Part shown: positions 9,479 through 19,322 of the stretch, one piece after another | How the letters are laid out: every line of letters begins with the position of its first letter | How positions within the stretch are numbered: the first letter of the stretch is position 1 | From: Oscillospiraceae bacterium | GTDB lineage: Bacteria > Bacillota > Clostridia > Oscillospirales > Oscillospiraceae | DNA length: 64,000 nt | Assembly: GCA_015067995.1 (NCBI GenBank) | Contig: SVLJ01000015.1 | Location: 511 to 64,510, forward strand | Direction: 5' to 3' | Notes under the pieces: model-generated | What the model saw: the letters and a program-made list of their open reading frames with translations, nothing else | Told to the model about the DNA's origin: nothing | The model's database searches: none | Translations under genes and position numbers: made by a program

Positions 9479-10687
9479 ATGAAAAAGGAATGCATCGCCA
9501 TGCTGCTGGCCGGCGGCCAGGGAAGCCGCCTGTATGTCCTTACCAGCGAAATGGCAAAGCCCGCCGTACCCTTCGGCGGAAAGTACCGCATTATTGATTT
9601 TCCCCTGTCCAACTGCACCAACTCCGGTATCGACACCGTGGGCGTGCTGACCCAGTATCGTCCCCTGGAGCTGAACAGCCATATCGGCAGCGGTCAGCCC
9701 TGGGATCTGGATGCCTCCACCGGCGGCGTACATATCCTGCCTCCTTATCAGGGCGCCAAGGGCGGCACCTGGTACAAGGGCACTGCCAATGCCATTTATC
9801 AGAACATCGGTTTTGTGGACAACTATGATCCTGAGTACGTGGTCATTCTGTCCGGCGACCATATCTATAAGATGGACTATGCCGACATGGTGCAGAAGCA
9901 TAAGGAAGCTGCCGCGGCCTGTACCATCTCCGTCATGGAGGTGCCCTGGAGCGATGCATCCCGTTTCGGCATCATGAGTGTCAACGAAGCCGGCCAGATC
10001 ACTGAGTTTGCCGAGAAACCCAAGGAGCCCAAGAGCAATCTGGCCTCCATGGGCATCTACGTGTTCACCTGGGCCGATCTGCGCCGCTACCTCACCGAGG
10101 ATGAGGCCGATCCTGCTTCCGAGAACGACTTCGGCAAGAATATCATCCCCAAGATGCTGAACGACGGCATGAAGATGCAGTCCTACCGTTTCGACGGCTA
10201 CTGGAAGGACGTTGGCACACTGGAGTCTCTGTGGGATGCCAACATGGATATGCTTTCTCCCGATTCCGGTCTGGATCTGCTGGATGAGAGCTGGCCCATC
10301 TACGCCCGCAGCATGTCTGCTCCCGCTGCGTTCCTGGGCAGCAATGCCAAGGTCAATCACAGCGCTTTCAACCGCGGCTGCGAGCTGGAGGGCATTGTGG
10401 AAAATTCCGTTCTGTCTCAGGGTGTCACCGTGGCGCCCGGTGCAGAAGTCAGCTATTCTGTTTTGTTCCCCGGCGTCACCGTGGAAGCGGGCGCTGTGGT
10501 GAAATACGCCATTTTGGGCGAAGGCTGCAGGGTGGGTGCAGGCTGCAAGGTGGGCTGCGATCCTGCTGAGGCCGATCCCGACAAGTGGGGACTGGCTGTG
10601 GTGGCTCCCGGCTGCCAGCTGGAAGCCGGCCGCGTGGTGGCTCCCAAGATCATGCTGAACAAGAACGGTGAGGAGGTGTCCCGATGA
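9479..10687 (+). CDS. glgC: glucose-1-phosphate adenylyltransferase
   Basis: 402 aa. N-terminus [40 protein letters not shown], followed by a C-terminal left-handed beta-helix. Confidence 0.95.
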   Translation: MKKECIAMLLAGGQGSRLYVLTSEMAKPAVPFGGKYRIIDFPLSNCTNSGIDTVGVLTQYRPLELNSHIGSGQPWDLDASTGGVHILPPYQGAKGGTWYKGTANAIYQNIGFVDNYDPEYVVILSGDHIYKMDYADMVQKHKEAAAACTISVMEVPWSDASRFGIMSVNEAGQITEFAEKPKEPKSNLASMGIYVFTWADLRRYLTEDEADPASENDFGKNIIPKMLNDGMKMQSYRFDGYWKDVGTLESLWDANMDMLSPDSGLDLLDESWPIYARSMSAPAAFLGSNAKVNHSAFNRGCELEGIVENSVLSQGVTVAPGAEVSYSVLFPGVTVEAGAVVKYAILGEGCRVGAGCKVGCDPAEADPDKWGLAVVAPGCQLEAGRVVAPKIMLNKNGEEVSR

Positions 10688-11799
10688 AAAACATGCACGG
10701 CATTATTTTCTCCTACGAGAAGCGCAATGACCTGCGGGAACTGGCGGACATCCGCACCGCGGCATCCATTCCCTTCGGCGGCCGCTACCGTGCCGTTGAC
10801 TTTGCACTGTCCAACTTCATGAACGCCGGCATCACCGACGTGGGCGTGGTGCTCCATGGCCGTTATCAGAGTCTGCTGGACCATCTGGGTACCGGAAAGG
10901 ACTGGGACCTGAGCCGTAAGCGCGGCGGCCTGAAGATCCTGCCTCCCTTCGCATATCGTCAGTCCTGGGGCGGTGAGACTGCCTTCCGCGGCAAGATGGA
11001 AGCACTGGCCGGCGTCCGCTCCTACCTCAACGAGATCCGTCAGGATTACGTTGTGATGATGGACGGCGATCTGGTGGTGAACCTGCCGCTGAAGGACGTG
11101 CTGGAGAAGCACATCGCCACCGGTGCGGACATCACCGTGGTCTGCGGAAACGACAGTTTCAAGGTGGATAACGGCATGTACATCCAGCTGGATGACAATG
11201 GCCGTGTCACCGACGTGCTGCAGCGCCTGAATACTCCTGTGGGCTACCGCAGTCTGGACGTGTGCGTCATCTCCACCAAGCTGCTGCTGGAACTGGTGGA
11301 CGAGTGTGCCAGCCGTGACCAGTACAGCTGGCGGACCGACGTCCTGCAGGCCCGGAAGGACACCCTGCACATCCACAGCTATATCTGGACCGGCTTTGCT
11401 GCCCAGATCCGCTCCGTGCAGGAGTACTATGACCGCAGCATGCAGCTGCTGAACTCCGATGTGCGCCATGAGCTGTTCTGCGCTGAGCGTCCCATCCATG
11501 CCAAAAGCGAGGATAAGTCTTCCTCCTACATCGGTCCCGACGGCAAGTGCCTGAATTCTCTGGTGGCCGACGGCTGCAGTGTCAACGGTGTTGTCATCAA
11601 CTCCATCCTGTTCCCCGGCGTTGTGGTGGAAGAGGGCGCTGTTGTCCAGAACTGCATCCTGTTCAAGGACGTGCAGGTGGGCCGCAACACCAAGCTCAGC
11701 TATGTCATTGCCGACAAGCGTTCTCAGTTCCAGGCTGACCGTACCTTGATGGGTCATGCCACTTATCCGCTGGTCATTGCCAAGGATACCAAGGTCTGA
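10684..11799 (+). CDS. glgD: glucose-1-phosphate adenylyltransferase regulatory subunit
   Basis: 371 aa paralogue lacking the GGxGxR motif ([37 protein letters not shown]). Its start overlaps the glgC stop (ATGA). Confidence 0.9.
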   Translation: MKNMHGIIFSYEKRNDLRELADIRTAASIPFGGRYRAVDFALSNFMNAGITDVGVVLHGRYQSLLDHLGTGKDWDLSRKRGGLKILPPFAYRQSWGGETAFRGKMEALAGVRSYLNEIRQDYVVMMDGDLVVNLPLKDVLEKHIATGADITVVCGNDSFKVDNGMYIQLDDNGRVTDVLQRLNTPVGYRSLDVCVISTKLLLELVDECASRDQYSWRTDVLQARKDTLHIHSYIWTGFAAQIRSVQEYYDRSMQLLNSDVRHELFCAERPIHAKSEDKSSSYIGPDGKCLNSLVADGCSVNGVVINSILFPGVVVEEGAVVQNCILFKDVQVGRNTKLSYVIADKRSQFQADRTLMGHATYPLVIAKDTKV

Positions 11800-11935
11800 T
11801 TTCACAAAAGTTCCGGCGGTAATGGCCGCCGGAACTTTTTGGACTTGAAAAAAACGATTTCCTGTGTTAGAATCGCGTAGAAAAAGTGCAGAAAAACGAT
11901 TTACCATTCCGTGTAGGAAGGATAGAGGAGTATTT

Positions 11936-13678
11936 ATGAAGATTTTGTACGCAGCATCGGAAGCAGTTCCGTTTTGTAAAACTGGTGGTCTGGCTGACGT
12001 GGCCGGCTCTCTGCCTCCTGCGCTGGCTGCTGCCGGCGCTGAAGTGGCGGTGGTGCTGCCCCTGTATGAGCGCGTCCGCGAGAAATTCGGCCAGCAGCTG
12101 GAGTTTGTCTGCAGCGAATACATTGATCTGGCCTGGCGCAGCTGCTACTGCGGCCTGTTCCGTGTCCGTCAGGACGGTGTTACCTGGTATTTCATCGACA
12201 ACGAACAATATTTCCTGCGGGGCCAGCTGTACGGCTATGATGACGACGGCGAGCGCTTCGGCTTCTTTTCCCGGGCTGTGGTGAAGATGCTGGATCACAT
12301 GGACTTCTGGCCCGACGTGATCCATTGCAATGACTGGCAGACCTCCCTGATCCCGGTATATCTGAAGGATGAGGGAGTCCGTGATGACCGCTATTTCGGC
12401 ATCCGCACGGTTCTGTCCGTCCACAATGTGGAATATCAGGGCCGTTACGATCCTTACCGTCTGGGTGACCTCTTCGGCCTGGACAGCGGCTGGGCAGAGG
12501 ATGGTACGCTGATGATGGACGGCAGCCTGAATTTGCTGAAGGGCGCCATCCTGTGTGCCGATGCGGTGAATGCGGTGTCTCCTTCCTATGCCGAGGAGCT
12601 GAAGCTCAGCTACTATGCCCACGGCATGGAGTCCATTATGCAGCGCTGCAGCTATAAGCTCAGCGGCGTGCTCAACGGTATCGATGTGGTTCGCTATGAC
12701 CCCGCCAACGACGGCTCTATCGCCGCCAACTACAGCACCGCCGATCTCTCCGGCAAGGCTGTGAACAAGGCACACCTGCAGAAGCTGGCCGGCCTGCACG
12801 AGGATCCCAACGTGCCCATCATCGGCATGGTGTCCCGTCTGGTGGATCACAAGGGCCTGGATCTGGTGCGCACCGTGTTCCAGGACATCATGGAGCTGCC
12901 TGTGCAGTTGGTGGTGCTGGGTACCGGCGACCAGAAGCACGAGGACTTTTTCCGCTGGGCAGCCGAGATGTATCCCGGTCGTGTGTCCGTCACGCTGGCC
13001 TACAGCGAGGCTCTGTCCTCCGCCATTTACGCCGGTGCCGATCTGTTCCTGATGCCCTCCAAGAGTGAGCCCTGCGGCCTCAGCCAGATGATCGCCATGC
13101 GTTACGGCACGGTGCCCATCGTTCGCGAGACCGGCGGCCTGAAGGACACCGTCCACGCCTACGAGGACTGGCGTGATTTCGGCAACGGCTTCAGCTTTGC
13201 CAATTACAGCGCTGACGATATGCTTTATACCATTCGTCTGGCTGTCCGTCTGTACCATGAGAACCGCGATGCTTATGTCCGTCTGCAGAAGCGCGCCATG
13301 GAAGAGGACTTCAGCTGGAACCGCAGCGCCCGCCAGTATCTGAACATTTATGAGAACATCACCGGTCTGCGCATGGAGCAGCCGGAGGAGACCGTTCCCG
13401 CAGCGGAAGAGATTCCTGCTGTGGAGGAGACTCCCGTTGTGGAGGAGGCTCCTGTGAAAAAGACCCGCACCCGCAAGACTGCTGCCAAGAAGGCAGAGGA
13501 CGGCGAGACTGCGGTGAAGAAGACGCGCAAGACCGCTTCCAGAAAGGCAGAGGATGGCGAGACTGCGGTGAAGAAGACACGCAAGACCGCCGCCAAGAAG
13601 ACCGAAGACGGCGAGAGCGCAGAAAAGAAATCCCGTAAGACTGCCGCTAAGAAGAAAGTAGAGGAAAACGACGCATGA
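11936..13678 (+). CDS. glgA: glycogen synthase with about 100-aa acidic/basic repeat tail
   Basis: ORF trimmed to MKILYAASEAVPFCKTGGLADV with RBS GAGGAG. The GT5 core ends around residue 480. Then come EE/P-rich and KKTRKTAAKK-type repeats. Confidence 0.93.
   Translation: MKILYAASEAVPFCKTGGLADVAGSLPPALAAAGAEVAVVLPLYERVREKFGQQLEFVCSEYIDLAWRSCYCGLFRVRQDGVTWYFIDNEQYFLRGQLYGYDDDGERFGFFSRAVVKMLDHMDFWPDVIHCNDWQTSLIPVYLKDEGVRDDRYFGIRTVLSVHNVEYQGRYDPYRLGDLFGLDSGWAEDGTLMMDGSLNLLKGAILCADAVNAVSPSYAEELKLSYYAHGMESIMQRCSYKLSGVLNGIDVVRYDPANDGSIAANYSTADLSGKAVNKAHLQKLAGLHEDPNVPIIGMVSRLVDHKGLDLVRTVFQDIMELPVQLVVLGTGDQKHEDFFRWAAEMYPGRVSVTLAYSEALSSAIYAGADLFLMPSKSEPCGLSQMIAMRYGTVPIVRETGGLKDTVHAYEDWRDFGNGFSFANYSADDMLYTIRLAVRLYHENRDAYVRLQKRAMEEDFSWNRSARQYLNIYENITGLRMEQPEETVPAAEEIPAVEETPVVEEAPVKKTRTRKTAAKKAEDGETAVKKTRKTASRKAEDGETAVKKTRKTAAKKTEDGESAEKKSRKTAAKKKVEENDA
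13493..13654 (+). repeat. three in-frame tandem 54-bp repeats in the glgA 3' end
   Basis: 13493-13546, 13547-13600 and 13601-13654 encode AEDGETAVKKTRKTASRK, AEDGETAVKKTRKTAAKK and TEDGESAEKKSRKTAAKK. A partial copy, KKTRTRKTAAKK, lies just upstream. Confidence 0.9.
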
Positions 13679-16101
13679 TGCCCTTTAGCAAGGAAACCCT
13701 GAAAAAAGAATTGACCGGTAAGCTGATGATCCACTTCGGCAAGACCGCCGAGGAGGCCAGCAACGAGGAAATGATGAAGGCCAGTGCTCTGGCTCTGCGA
13801 GACGTGATGGCCGTGCGCGAGGTGGAGACCCGCAAGGTCACTGTCAAGGCCGGCAAGAAGCAGGTGCACTACCTGTCTCTGGAGTTCCTGATGGGACGCA
13901 GCCTGATGAAGAATGCCTATAATCTGGGTGTGCTGCCCCAGCTTCGTGAGGCACTGGAGGAACTGGGCTTCAAGGCAGCGGATATCTTTGAGGTGGAGCC
14001 GGACGCAGGTCTGGGCAACGGCGGCCTTGGCCGTCTGGCTGCCTGCTATCTGGATTCCATGACCACGCTGGAGATTCCCGCCACCGGCTATTCCATTTGC
14101 TACGATCTGGGTATCTTCAAACAGAAGATTGTGGATGGCCAGCAGGTGGAGCTGCCCGACAACTGGCGCAATCTGGGTGCATCCTGGCTGCTGCCCCGTC
14201 CCGAAGAGGCACAGCATGTGCTCTTCGGCGGCCAGCTGCGTGAGTTCTGGGACAACGGCCATCTGCACATCGTGCAGGAGGGCGCCACCGTCATCACCGC
14301 CGTCCCCTGCGACATGGTGGTGGCAGGTTATGACACCAAGCACACCAACGTTCTGCGCCTGTGGGACGCCCGTTCCAGCAAGCCTGCAGATATGTCCCTC
14401 TATTCCAGCGGTGAGTATCTGAAGGCGGTGGAGGACGCTGCCATGGCAGAGGTTATTGCCAAGGTGCTCTATCCCGCCGACAACCATCCCGAGGGCAAGT
14501 CCCTGCGCCTGAAGCAGCAGTATTTCTTCGTGTCCGCCACGGTGCAGAATATTGTCAAGCGGCATCTGGAAGCTTACGGCACGCTGATGAACTTCCACGA
14601 GAAGAACGTCATTCAGATCAACGATACCCATCCCGCTCTGGTGGTGCCGGAGCTGATGCGCATCCTCATTGACGAGGCCGGTATGGACTGGGATACCGCA
14701 TGGGATATTACCCGCCAGTCCGTGGCCTACACCAACCACACCGTTCTGGCGGAGGCACTGGAGCGCTGGCCCCAGACGCTGGTGCAGTCCCTGCTGCCCC
14801 GCGTGTGGCAAATTCTGGTGGAGATCGCTACCCGCTGGCAGCGTCGCTGCGAGAAGTTCTATCCCAACGATCCGGGGAAGGTGCGGGATATGGCCGTCAT
14901 ATGGGACGGCGAGGTTCGCATGGCCAACCTCTGCATTGCCGGCGGCATGGCTGTCAACGGCGTCAGCGCCCTGCATTCCGACATCCTGCGTCAGGATGTG
15001 TTCCGCAATGCCTGCGGCATGGAGCCGGATAAGTTCCGGAACGTTACCAACGGCGTGGATCATCGCCGCTGGCTCAGCGAGATCAACCCCGGCCTGGACA
15101 GTCTGATCTGCGAGCTCACCGGCGGCAATGATTATCTCTCCAAGCCGCTGACTCTGCGCAAGCTGGATGATTATGCCGATGATGCTGCCGTGCTGCAGCG
15201 TTTGGAGGAGATCAAGCGCGCCAATAAGGAGTCCTTCGCCAGATATGTGAAGAAGACGCAGGGCGTGATCCTGAACCCCGATGCCATCTTCGATGTGCAG
15301 GTGAAGCGCCTGCATGAGTATAAGCGTCAGTTGCTGAATGCATTGCATATCATCTCCCTGTATCAGCAGCTGCAGGACGATCCCAATTCCATCACCACGC
15401 CCAGAACCTTCCTGTTCGGCGCAAAGGCTGCTCCCGGCTATTACGTTGCCAAGCGGATCATCCACCTCATCAACTCCCTGTCCGACCAGATCGCCAACGA
15501 TCCTATCTGCAAGGATAAGCTGCAGGTGGTGTTCCTGGAGAACTACCGTGTCTCTCTGGCAGAGCGCCTGCTGCCTGCCTCCGAGGTTTCTCAGCAGATT
15601 TCCACTGCCGGCAAAGAGGCCAGCGGTACCGGCAACATGAAGTTCATGATGAACGGCGCTCTTACCGTGGGTACGCTGGACGGCGCCAATGTGGAGATGC
15701 ACGAGGTGCTGGGCGATGAAAATATGTTCCTCTTCGGCCTGCATGCCGACGAGGTGGCAGAGCTGAAGCGGTCCGGCTATGTGCCTCAGCGGATCTACGC
15801 CAGAAATGAGAAACTGTGCCGTGCGCTGGACAGCCTGCGCACCGGCTTCCGCGATGGTGTCAGCTATGAGGATCTGTATGCCCGCCTGCTCTCCGGTGCC
15901 GGCGGCCCGGCAGACGAATATCTGCTGCTGGCTGACTTTGACGCATATTGCGATGCAGAGCGCCGCATGGCGGAAACCTATCTGGATCGCCGTCAGTGGA
16001 ACACCATGAGCCTGCACAATGTGGCACGTTCCGGTATCTTCGCGGCGGACCGTTCCATCGCCGAGTATGCCGACAACATCTGGGGTGTTTCCCACAGATA
16101 A
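13675..16101 (+). CDS. glgP: glycogen/maltodextrin phosphorylase
   Basis: 808 aa with GT35 signatures (LGNGGLGRLAAC, and EASGTGNMKFMMNG at the PLP lysine). The start overlaps the glgA stop. Confidence 0.95.
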   Translation: MMPFSKETLKKELTGKLMIHFGKTAEEASNEEMMKASALALRDVMAVREVETRKVTVKAGKKQVHYLSLEFLMGRSLMKNAYNLGVLPQLREALEELGFKAADIFEVEPDAGLGNGGLGRLAACYLDSMTTLEIPATGYSICYDLGIFKQKIVDGQQVELPDNWRNLGASWLLPRPEEAQHVLFGGQLREFWDNGHLHIVQEGATVITAVPCDMVVAGYDTKHTNVLRLWDARSSKPADMSLYSSGEYLKAVEDAAMAEVIAKVLYPADNHPEGKSLRLKQQYFFVSATVQNIVKRHLEAYGTLMNFHEKNVIQINDTHPALVVPELMRILIDEAGMDWDTAWDITRQSVAYTNHTVLAEALERWPQTLVQSLLPRVWQILVEIATRWQRRCEKFYPNDPGKVRDMAVIWDGEVRMANLCIAGGMAVNGVSALHSDILRQDVFRNACGMEPDKFRNVTNGVDHRRWLSEINPGLDSLICELTGGNDYLSKPLTLRKLDDYADDAAVLQRLEEIKRANKESFARYVKKTQGVILNPDAIFDVQVKRLHEYKRQLLNALHIISLYQQLQDDPNSITTPRTFLFGAKAAPGYYVAKRIIHLINSLSDQIANDPICKDKLQVVFLENYRVSLAERLLPASEVSQQISTAGKEASGTGNMKFMMNGALTVGTLDGANVEMHEVLGDENMFLFGLHADEVAELKRSGYVPQRIYARNEKLCRALDSLRTGFRDGVSYEDLYARLLSGAGGPADEYLLLADFDAYCDAERRMAETYLDRRQWNTMSLHNVARSGIFAADRSIAEYADNIWGVSHR

Positions 16102-16118
16102 ACCTGCTTTTCCAGACA

Positions 16119-16155
16119 CAGCGCCGCTTTTTCCACAACGGAAAAGGCGGCGCTT
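16119..16155 (+). terminator. terminator after glgP
   Basis: Imperfect long hairpin AGCGCCGCTTTTTCC...GGAAAAGGCGGCGCT. Confidence 0.55.
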
Positions 16156-16209
16156 GCCGTCTGAGACAGAAAAAAGATGCATTTGTATACAATTTCCGCG
16201 AAAAAGCGT

Positions 16210-16238
16210 TTGACTTTTTCCAGTGACTGGGATATGAT
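16210..16238 (+). promoter_or_regulatory. sigma-A-type promoter
   Basis: TTGACT (16210-16215), 17 nt spacer, TATGAT (16233-16238), upstream of the zinc-ribbon gene. Confidence 0.5.
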
Positions 16239-16300
16239 AAGCGCAGTGTGCGGCATTTGCATGACCGCACGATCACGTTTATGTCGAAGAGAGGTATCCC

Positions 16301-16567
16301 ATGTACAACGACAAGACTCTGGTCTGCAAGGATTGCGGACAGGAATTCGTGTTCACCGCCGGTGAGCAGGAGTTCTATGCTGAAAAAGGCTTCACCAACG
16401 AACCCCAGCGCTGCAAGAGCTGCCGCGATGCCCGTAAGGGTAAGACCGGCGCACCCGCCCGCCCCATGTTCGACGCTGTCTGCGCCGAGTGCGGCAAGGC
16501 TTGCAAGGTCCCCTTTGAGCCCCGCAACGATCGCCCCGTCTACTGCAGCGACTGCTTCAGAAGATAA
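16301..16567 (+). CDS. zinc-ribbon domain protein (two CxxC...CxxC units)
   Basis: 88 aa. CKDCGQEFVFTAGEQEFYAEKGFTNEPQRCKSC and CAECGKACKVPFEPRNDRPVYCSDC match the CxxC-N-CxxC zinc-ribbon family that is common in Clostridia. Confidence 0.8.
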   Translation: MYNDKTLVCKDCGQEFVFTAGEQEFYAEKGFTNEPQRCKSCRDARKGKTGAPARPMFDAVCAECGKACKVPFEPRNDRPVYCSDCFRR

Positions 16568-16573
16568 TGAAAC

Positions 16574-16612
16574 GGAAGACCGCTCCTTCAGGAGCGGTCT
16601 TCGTTCTGTTTT
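16574..16612 (+). terminator. rho-independent terminator
   Basis: GGAAGACCGCTCC-TTCA-GGAGCGGTCTTC followed by GTTCTGTTTT. Confidence 0.8.
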
Positions 16613-16719
16613 ATAACGGCGGGATGGAAATAATTTTCCTGGGCACCGACCGTGAAAGCATTGCATTCTCCCCCAAAACCCGCTATACTTTTGAAGAATC
16701 TTTACTTGGAGGAACCTGA

Positions 16720-17865
16720 ATGAAACGAACCCTTCTCTGCGCCCTTCTGGCGCTGTCCCTGCTGCTGACCGTCGGCTGCGGCAGTCAGAACGCATCTTCT
16801 TCCGCGCCTGCCGCATCTTCCGGCGCTGTCTCTTCCGGTACGGCTGACGCCATTCCGGAATATAAGACGCCGAATTACAGTATTGGTCTGCTGGACAACG
16901 GCTTTTACGAGGGTGTTACCGCGCTGGATCATGTGACCCTTCCCGCGCTGGAGGGATTGGTGATTCCCAAGGATGTCCAGACTGTGGAAGAGACAGCCGT
17001 GCAGGCGGAGATTGCCGTCCTGATGGAGAGCTATGCATATACCGAGGAGATCCGTGACCGTGCCGTGAAGGACGGCGATCGGGTGAATATCGACTATGTG
17101 GGCCGTGTCAACGGTGTGGCCTTTGACGGCGGAAATACCCAGGGCGCCGGCACGGTGGTGACGGCAGGCAGCACCGAATATGTGGACGATTTCCTCACCC
17201 AGATCATCGGAGCCAAGCCCGGTGACACCGTCATGGTGGAAGTGACCTTCCCCACGCCCTATACCAACCCTGATCTGGCCGGTAAGGACGCCGTATTTGA
17301 GACGGTCATCAACTATATCGAAGGCGATACCATTACCCCGGAACTGACGGATGCATTTGTCAAGGAGAATCTGCAGGAGCGCTACGGTTATACCGGCGCG
17401 GCGAATATGCAGGAAGAGATTCGTCAGATGCTGCGCAAGGATCAGGTGACGGCCTATGTGCTGGAAGACCTGTATGCCAAGTGCTCCTTTAAAGACGTGC
17501 CGGAGAAGCTGGTGGATGACCAGTGCGAATTCATGCGCGTGGAGCTGGGCAACATTGCCCACTATAACAATGCACCTCTGGGCATGATCCTGAGCTATTA
17601 TGGCTGGACTACCCTGGACGAGGCTTACGCCGCCAACCGGCCGGAGTTTCTGATGTATATTGAGCAGTATCTCATGTGTCAGGCAGTGGCGGAGAAGCTG
17701 AATATGGTTGTGGATGATACAGCCATTGAGAATTATTTTGCCACCGTAGTGGGCGGCTCCAACCCGGCAACCTATATCTCCTATTACGGAAAAGGCTATG
17801 TGGCGCAGGATGTGCTGGTGGATATGGTGACCACCTATCTGCTGGACAACGCTGCCTATCAGTAA
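16720..17865 (+). CDS. lipoprotein with FKBP-type peptidyl-prolyl isomerase (trigger-factor-like) domain
   Basis: Lipobox LLLTVGC. The FKBP-like core is DGDRVNIDYVGRVNGVAFDGGNTQG...FLTQIIGAKPGDTVMVEVTFP. Confidence 0.7.
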   Translation: MKRTLLCALLALSLLLTVGCGSQNASSSAPAASSGAVSSGTADAIPEYKTPNYSIGLLDNGFYEGVTALDHVTLPALEGLVIPKDVQTVEETAVQAEIAVLMESYAYTEEIRDRAVKDGDRVNIDYVGRVNGVAFDGGNTQGAGTVVTAGSTEYVDDFLTQIIGAKPGDTVMVEVTFPTPYTNPDLAGKDAVFETVINYIEGDTITPELTDAFVKENLQERYGYTGAANMQEEIRQMLRKDQVTAYVLEDLYAKCSFKDVPEKLVDDQCEFMRVELGNIAHYNNAPLGMILSYYGWTTLDEAYAANRPEFLMYIEQYLMCQAVAEKLNMVVDDTAIENYFATVVGGSNPATYISYYGKGYVAQDVLVDMVTTYLLDNAAYQ

Positions 17866-17947
17866 GCCACTTGCCAAACGGACGGAAACCGTGCTACAAT
17901 AGCAAAAACCATCCCCCGCGGATTTTACATTGACGGAGGAAAACACA

Positions 17948-18448
17948 ATGGGCCGAATCAGCAAGGAAAACTATTATCTGGATATTGCTGCCACCGTTCT
18001 GGAGCGTTCCACCTGCCTGCGGCGGGTATACGGTGCCATCATTGTCAACAATGACGAGATCATTTCCACCGGCTACAACGGTGCCCCCCGTGGCCGTGCC
18101 AACTGCACGGAGCTGGGCTATTGCACCCGTGAGGCCATGAAGATTCCCAGAGGTCAGCGCTACGAGCTGTGCAGAAGCGTCCATGCCGAGGCCAACGCCA
18201 TCATTTCCGCCGCACGGCGCGACATTGTGGGTGGTACGCTGTATCTGGTGGGTCGCGATGCCCAGACCGGCGAGCTGCTCAGTGACGCTACGTCCTGCTC
18301 CATGTGCCGCCGGCAGATCATCAACTCTGGTCTGGAGCGTGTGGTGATCCGTAAAACCCCCACCGAGTTTGAGGTGGTGGAGGTGGAGGAGTGGATTCGT
18401 GAGGACGACTCCCTGCCCAATCTGGACGAGATTCTGGACCGTCAGTAA
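17948..18448 (+). CDS. dCMP/cytidine deaminase family protein
   Basis: Trimmed to MGRISKENYYLDIA with RBS GGAGGA. Zinc motifs HAEANAI and CSMCRRQI are present. Confidence 0.85.
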   Translation: MGRISKENYYLDIAATVLERSTCLRRVYGAIIVNNDEIISTGYNGAPRGRANCTELGYCTREAMKIPRGQRYELCRSVHAEANAIISAARRDIVGGTLYLVGRDAQTGELLSDATSCSMCRRQIINSGLERVVIRKTPTEFEVVEVEEWIREDDSLPNLDEILDRQ

Positions 18449-18511
18449 CAACAAAGAGGGATCGCGGCGGCATTAGCCGCGGCGGTCCTTTTCCTGAGAG
18501 GAGAAGGATTT

Positions 18512-18961
18512 ATGGTATCTATGGCACAGCGCATTGAAGAGCTGCGCAACGAAAAGGGAATGAGCCGCCCGGAACTGGCCAGCGCGCTGGGACTGCCCAG
18601 ACTGGCCGTCGAGAAATTTGAGACCGGCCGCCAGACCCCTACACAGGATCAGCAGAGCAAGCTGGCGTCCTTCTTTGGTGTCTCTCTGATGTATCTGCGG
18701 GGCGAAAACAACGACCGCATCCGCATGGAGGACTGGATGAGCGGCGCCTTCACGGACGAGCCCAAGCCGGCACCTGCACCGGTGCGTCCTGCACCCAAGG
18801 CGGCAGCCTCCGGTGAACCGGGCGGCATGTTCGACGCCTTCCTTTCCAGCAAGAAGTTTCAGGAGGCTCTGAAGGCTGCGGCGCTGGAGGCGCTGAAGAC
18901 GCCGGAGGGTCAGAAGCTGCTGGGCGAGGCCATCCGCAGAGAATTGAGAAAAATGCAGTAA
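18512..18961 (+). CDS. XRE-family helix-turn-helix protein
   Basis: The N-terminal segment IEELRNEKGMSRPELASALGLPRLAVEKFETGRQTPTQDQQSKLASFFGV is a typical HTH_3 domain. The C-terminal region is Ala/Pro-rich. Confidence 0.75.
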   Translation: MVSMAQRIEELRNEKGMSRPELASALGLPRLAVEKFETGRQTPTQDQQSKLASFFGVSLMYLRGENNDRIRMEDWMSGAFTDEPKPAPAPVRPAPKAAASGEPGGMFDAFLSSKKFQEALKAAALEALKTPEGQKLLGEAIRRELRKMQ

Positions 18962-18969
18962 AAAAGAGA

Positions 18970-19008
18970 AACCGCCGTCTTCGGAAAGTTCCGGAGACGG
19001 CGGTTTTG
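18970..19008. terminator. bidirectional terminator
   Basis: AACCGCCGTCT...AGACGGCGGTT, flanked by an A-run on the left and a T-run on the right, between convergent genes. Confidence 0.8.
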
Positions 19009-19010
19009 CG

Positions 19011-19322
19011 TCAAAGAACCAGATACAGCAGGAAATCCACGGCGATGGCAGCCAATACGCAGACCATTACCGGGCATTTCCGCCATGCCAGCAGGGCGGC
19101 GGTGAGTCCGCCTGCAATGCCGATGACGGGGTTGGACGGGTCGGTGGACCACACGCCGGGGAAGATCATGGCGGTCATGGCGGTGTAGGGGATCAGCCGG
19201 AGGAATTTTTCCGTTCGGCGGCCAAAGTGTATTTTTTCAATCAAAACAGCCGGGATGGCGCGGGGAATATAGGTCACTGCTGCCATGCCCAGAATCAGGA
19301 GCCAGAGCTTACTGCTGCCCAT
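19011..19322 (-). CDS. azlD: branched-chain amino acid export protein AzlD
   Basis: Trimmed to the MGSSKLWLLILGMAAVTYIPRAIP start with RBS AAGGGGG. Small hydrophobic protein that overlaps the azlC stop. Confidence 0.8.
   Translation of the reverse strand: MGSSKLWLLILGMAAVTYIPRAIPAVLIEKIHFGRRTEKFLRLIPYTAMTAMIFPGVWSTDPSNPVIGIAGGLTAALLAWRKCPVMVCVLAAIAVDFLLYLVL

Noticed and set aside
13493-13654. Tandem 54-bp repeats considered as a possible CRISPR-like or minisatellite array
   Set aside because: The repeats are contiguous with no spacers and lie in frame within glgA, where they encode a repeated peptide. This is not a CRISPR array.
13348-16182. 944-aa minus-strand ORF, the longest in the track
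   Set aside because: It is exactly antisense to glgP, which has unmistakable GT35 phosphorylase motifs. Its translation is low-complexity and Gly/Ala/His/Gln-rich, as expected for stop-poor antisense frames in GC-rich DNA. The same reasoning applies to the following ORFs: 4967..7276, 7310..8839, 9080..10360, 10453..12123, 11867..13258, 16702..17964, 20103..21899, 30299..31783, 31759..33126, 39593..41608, 47792..49009, 55469..56929 and 57615..59696.
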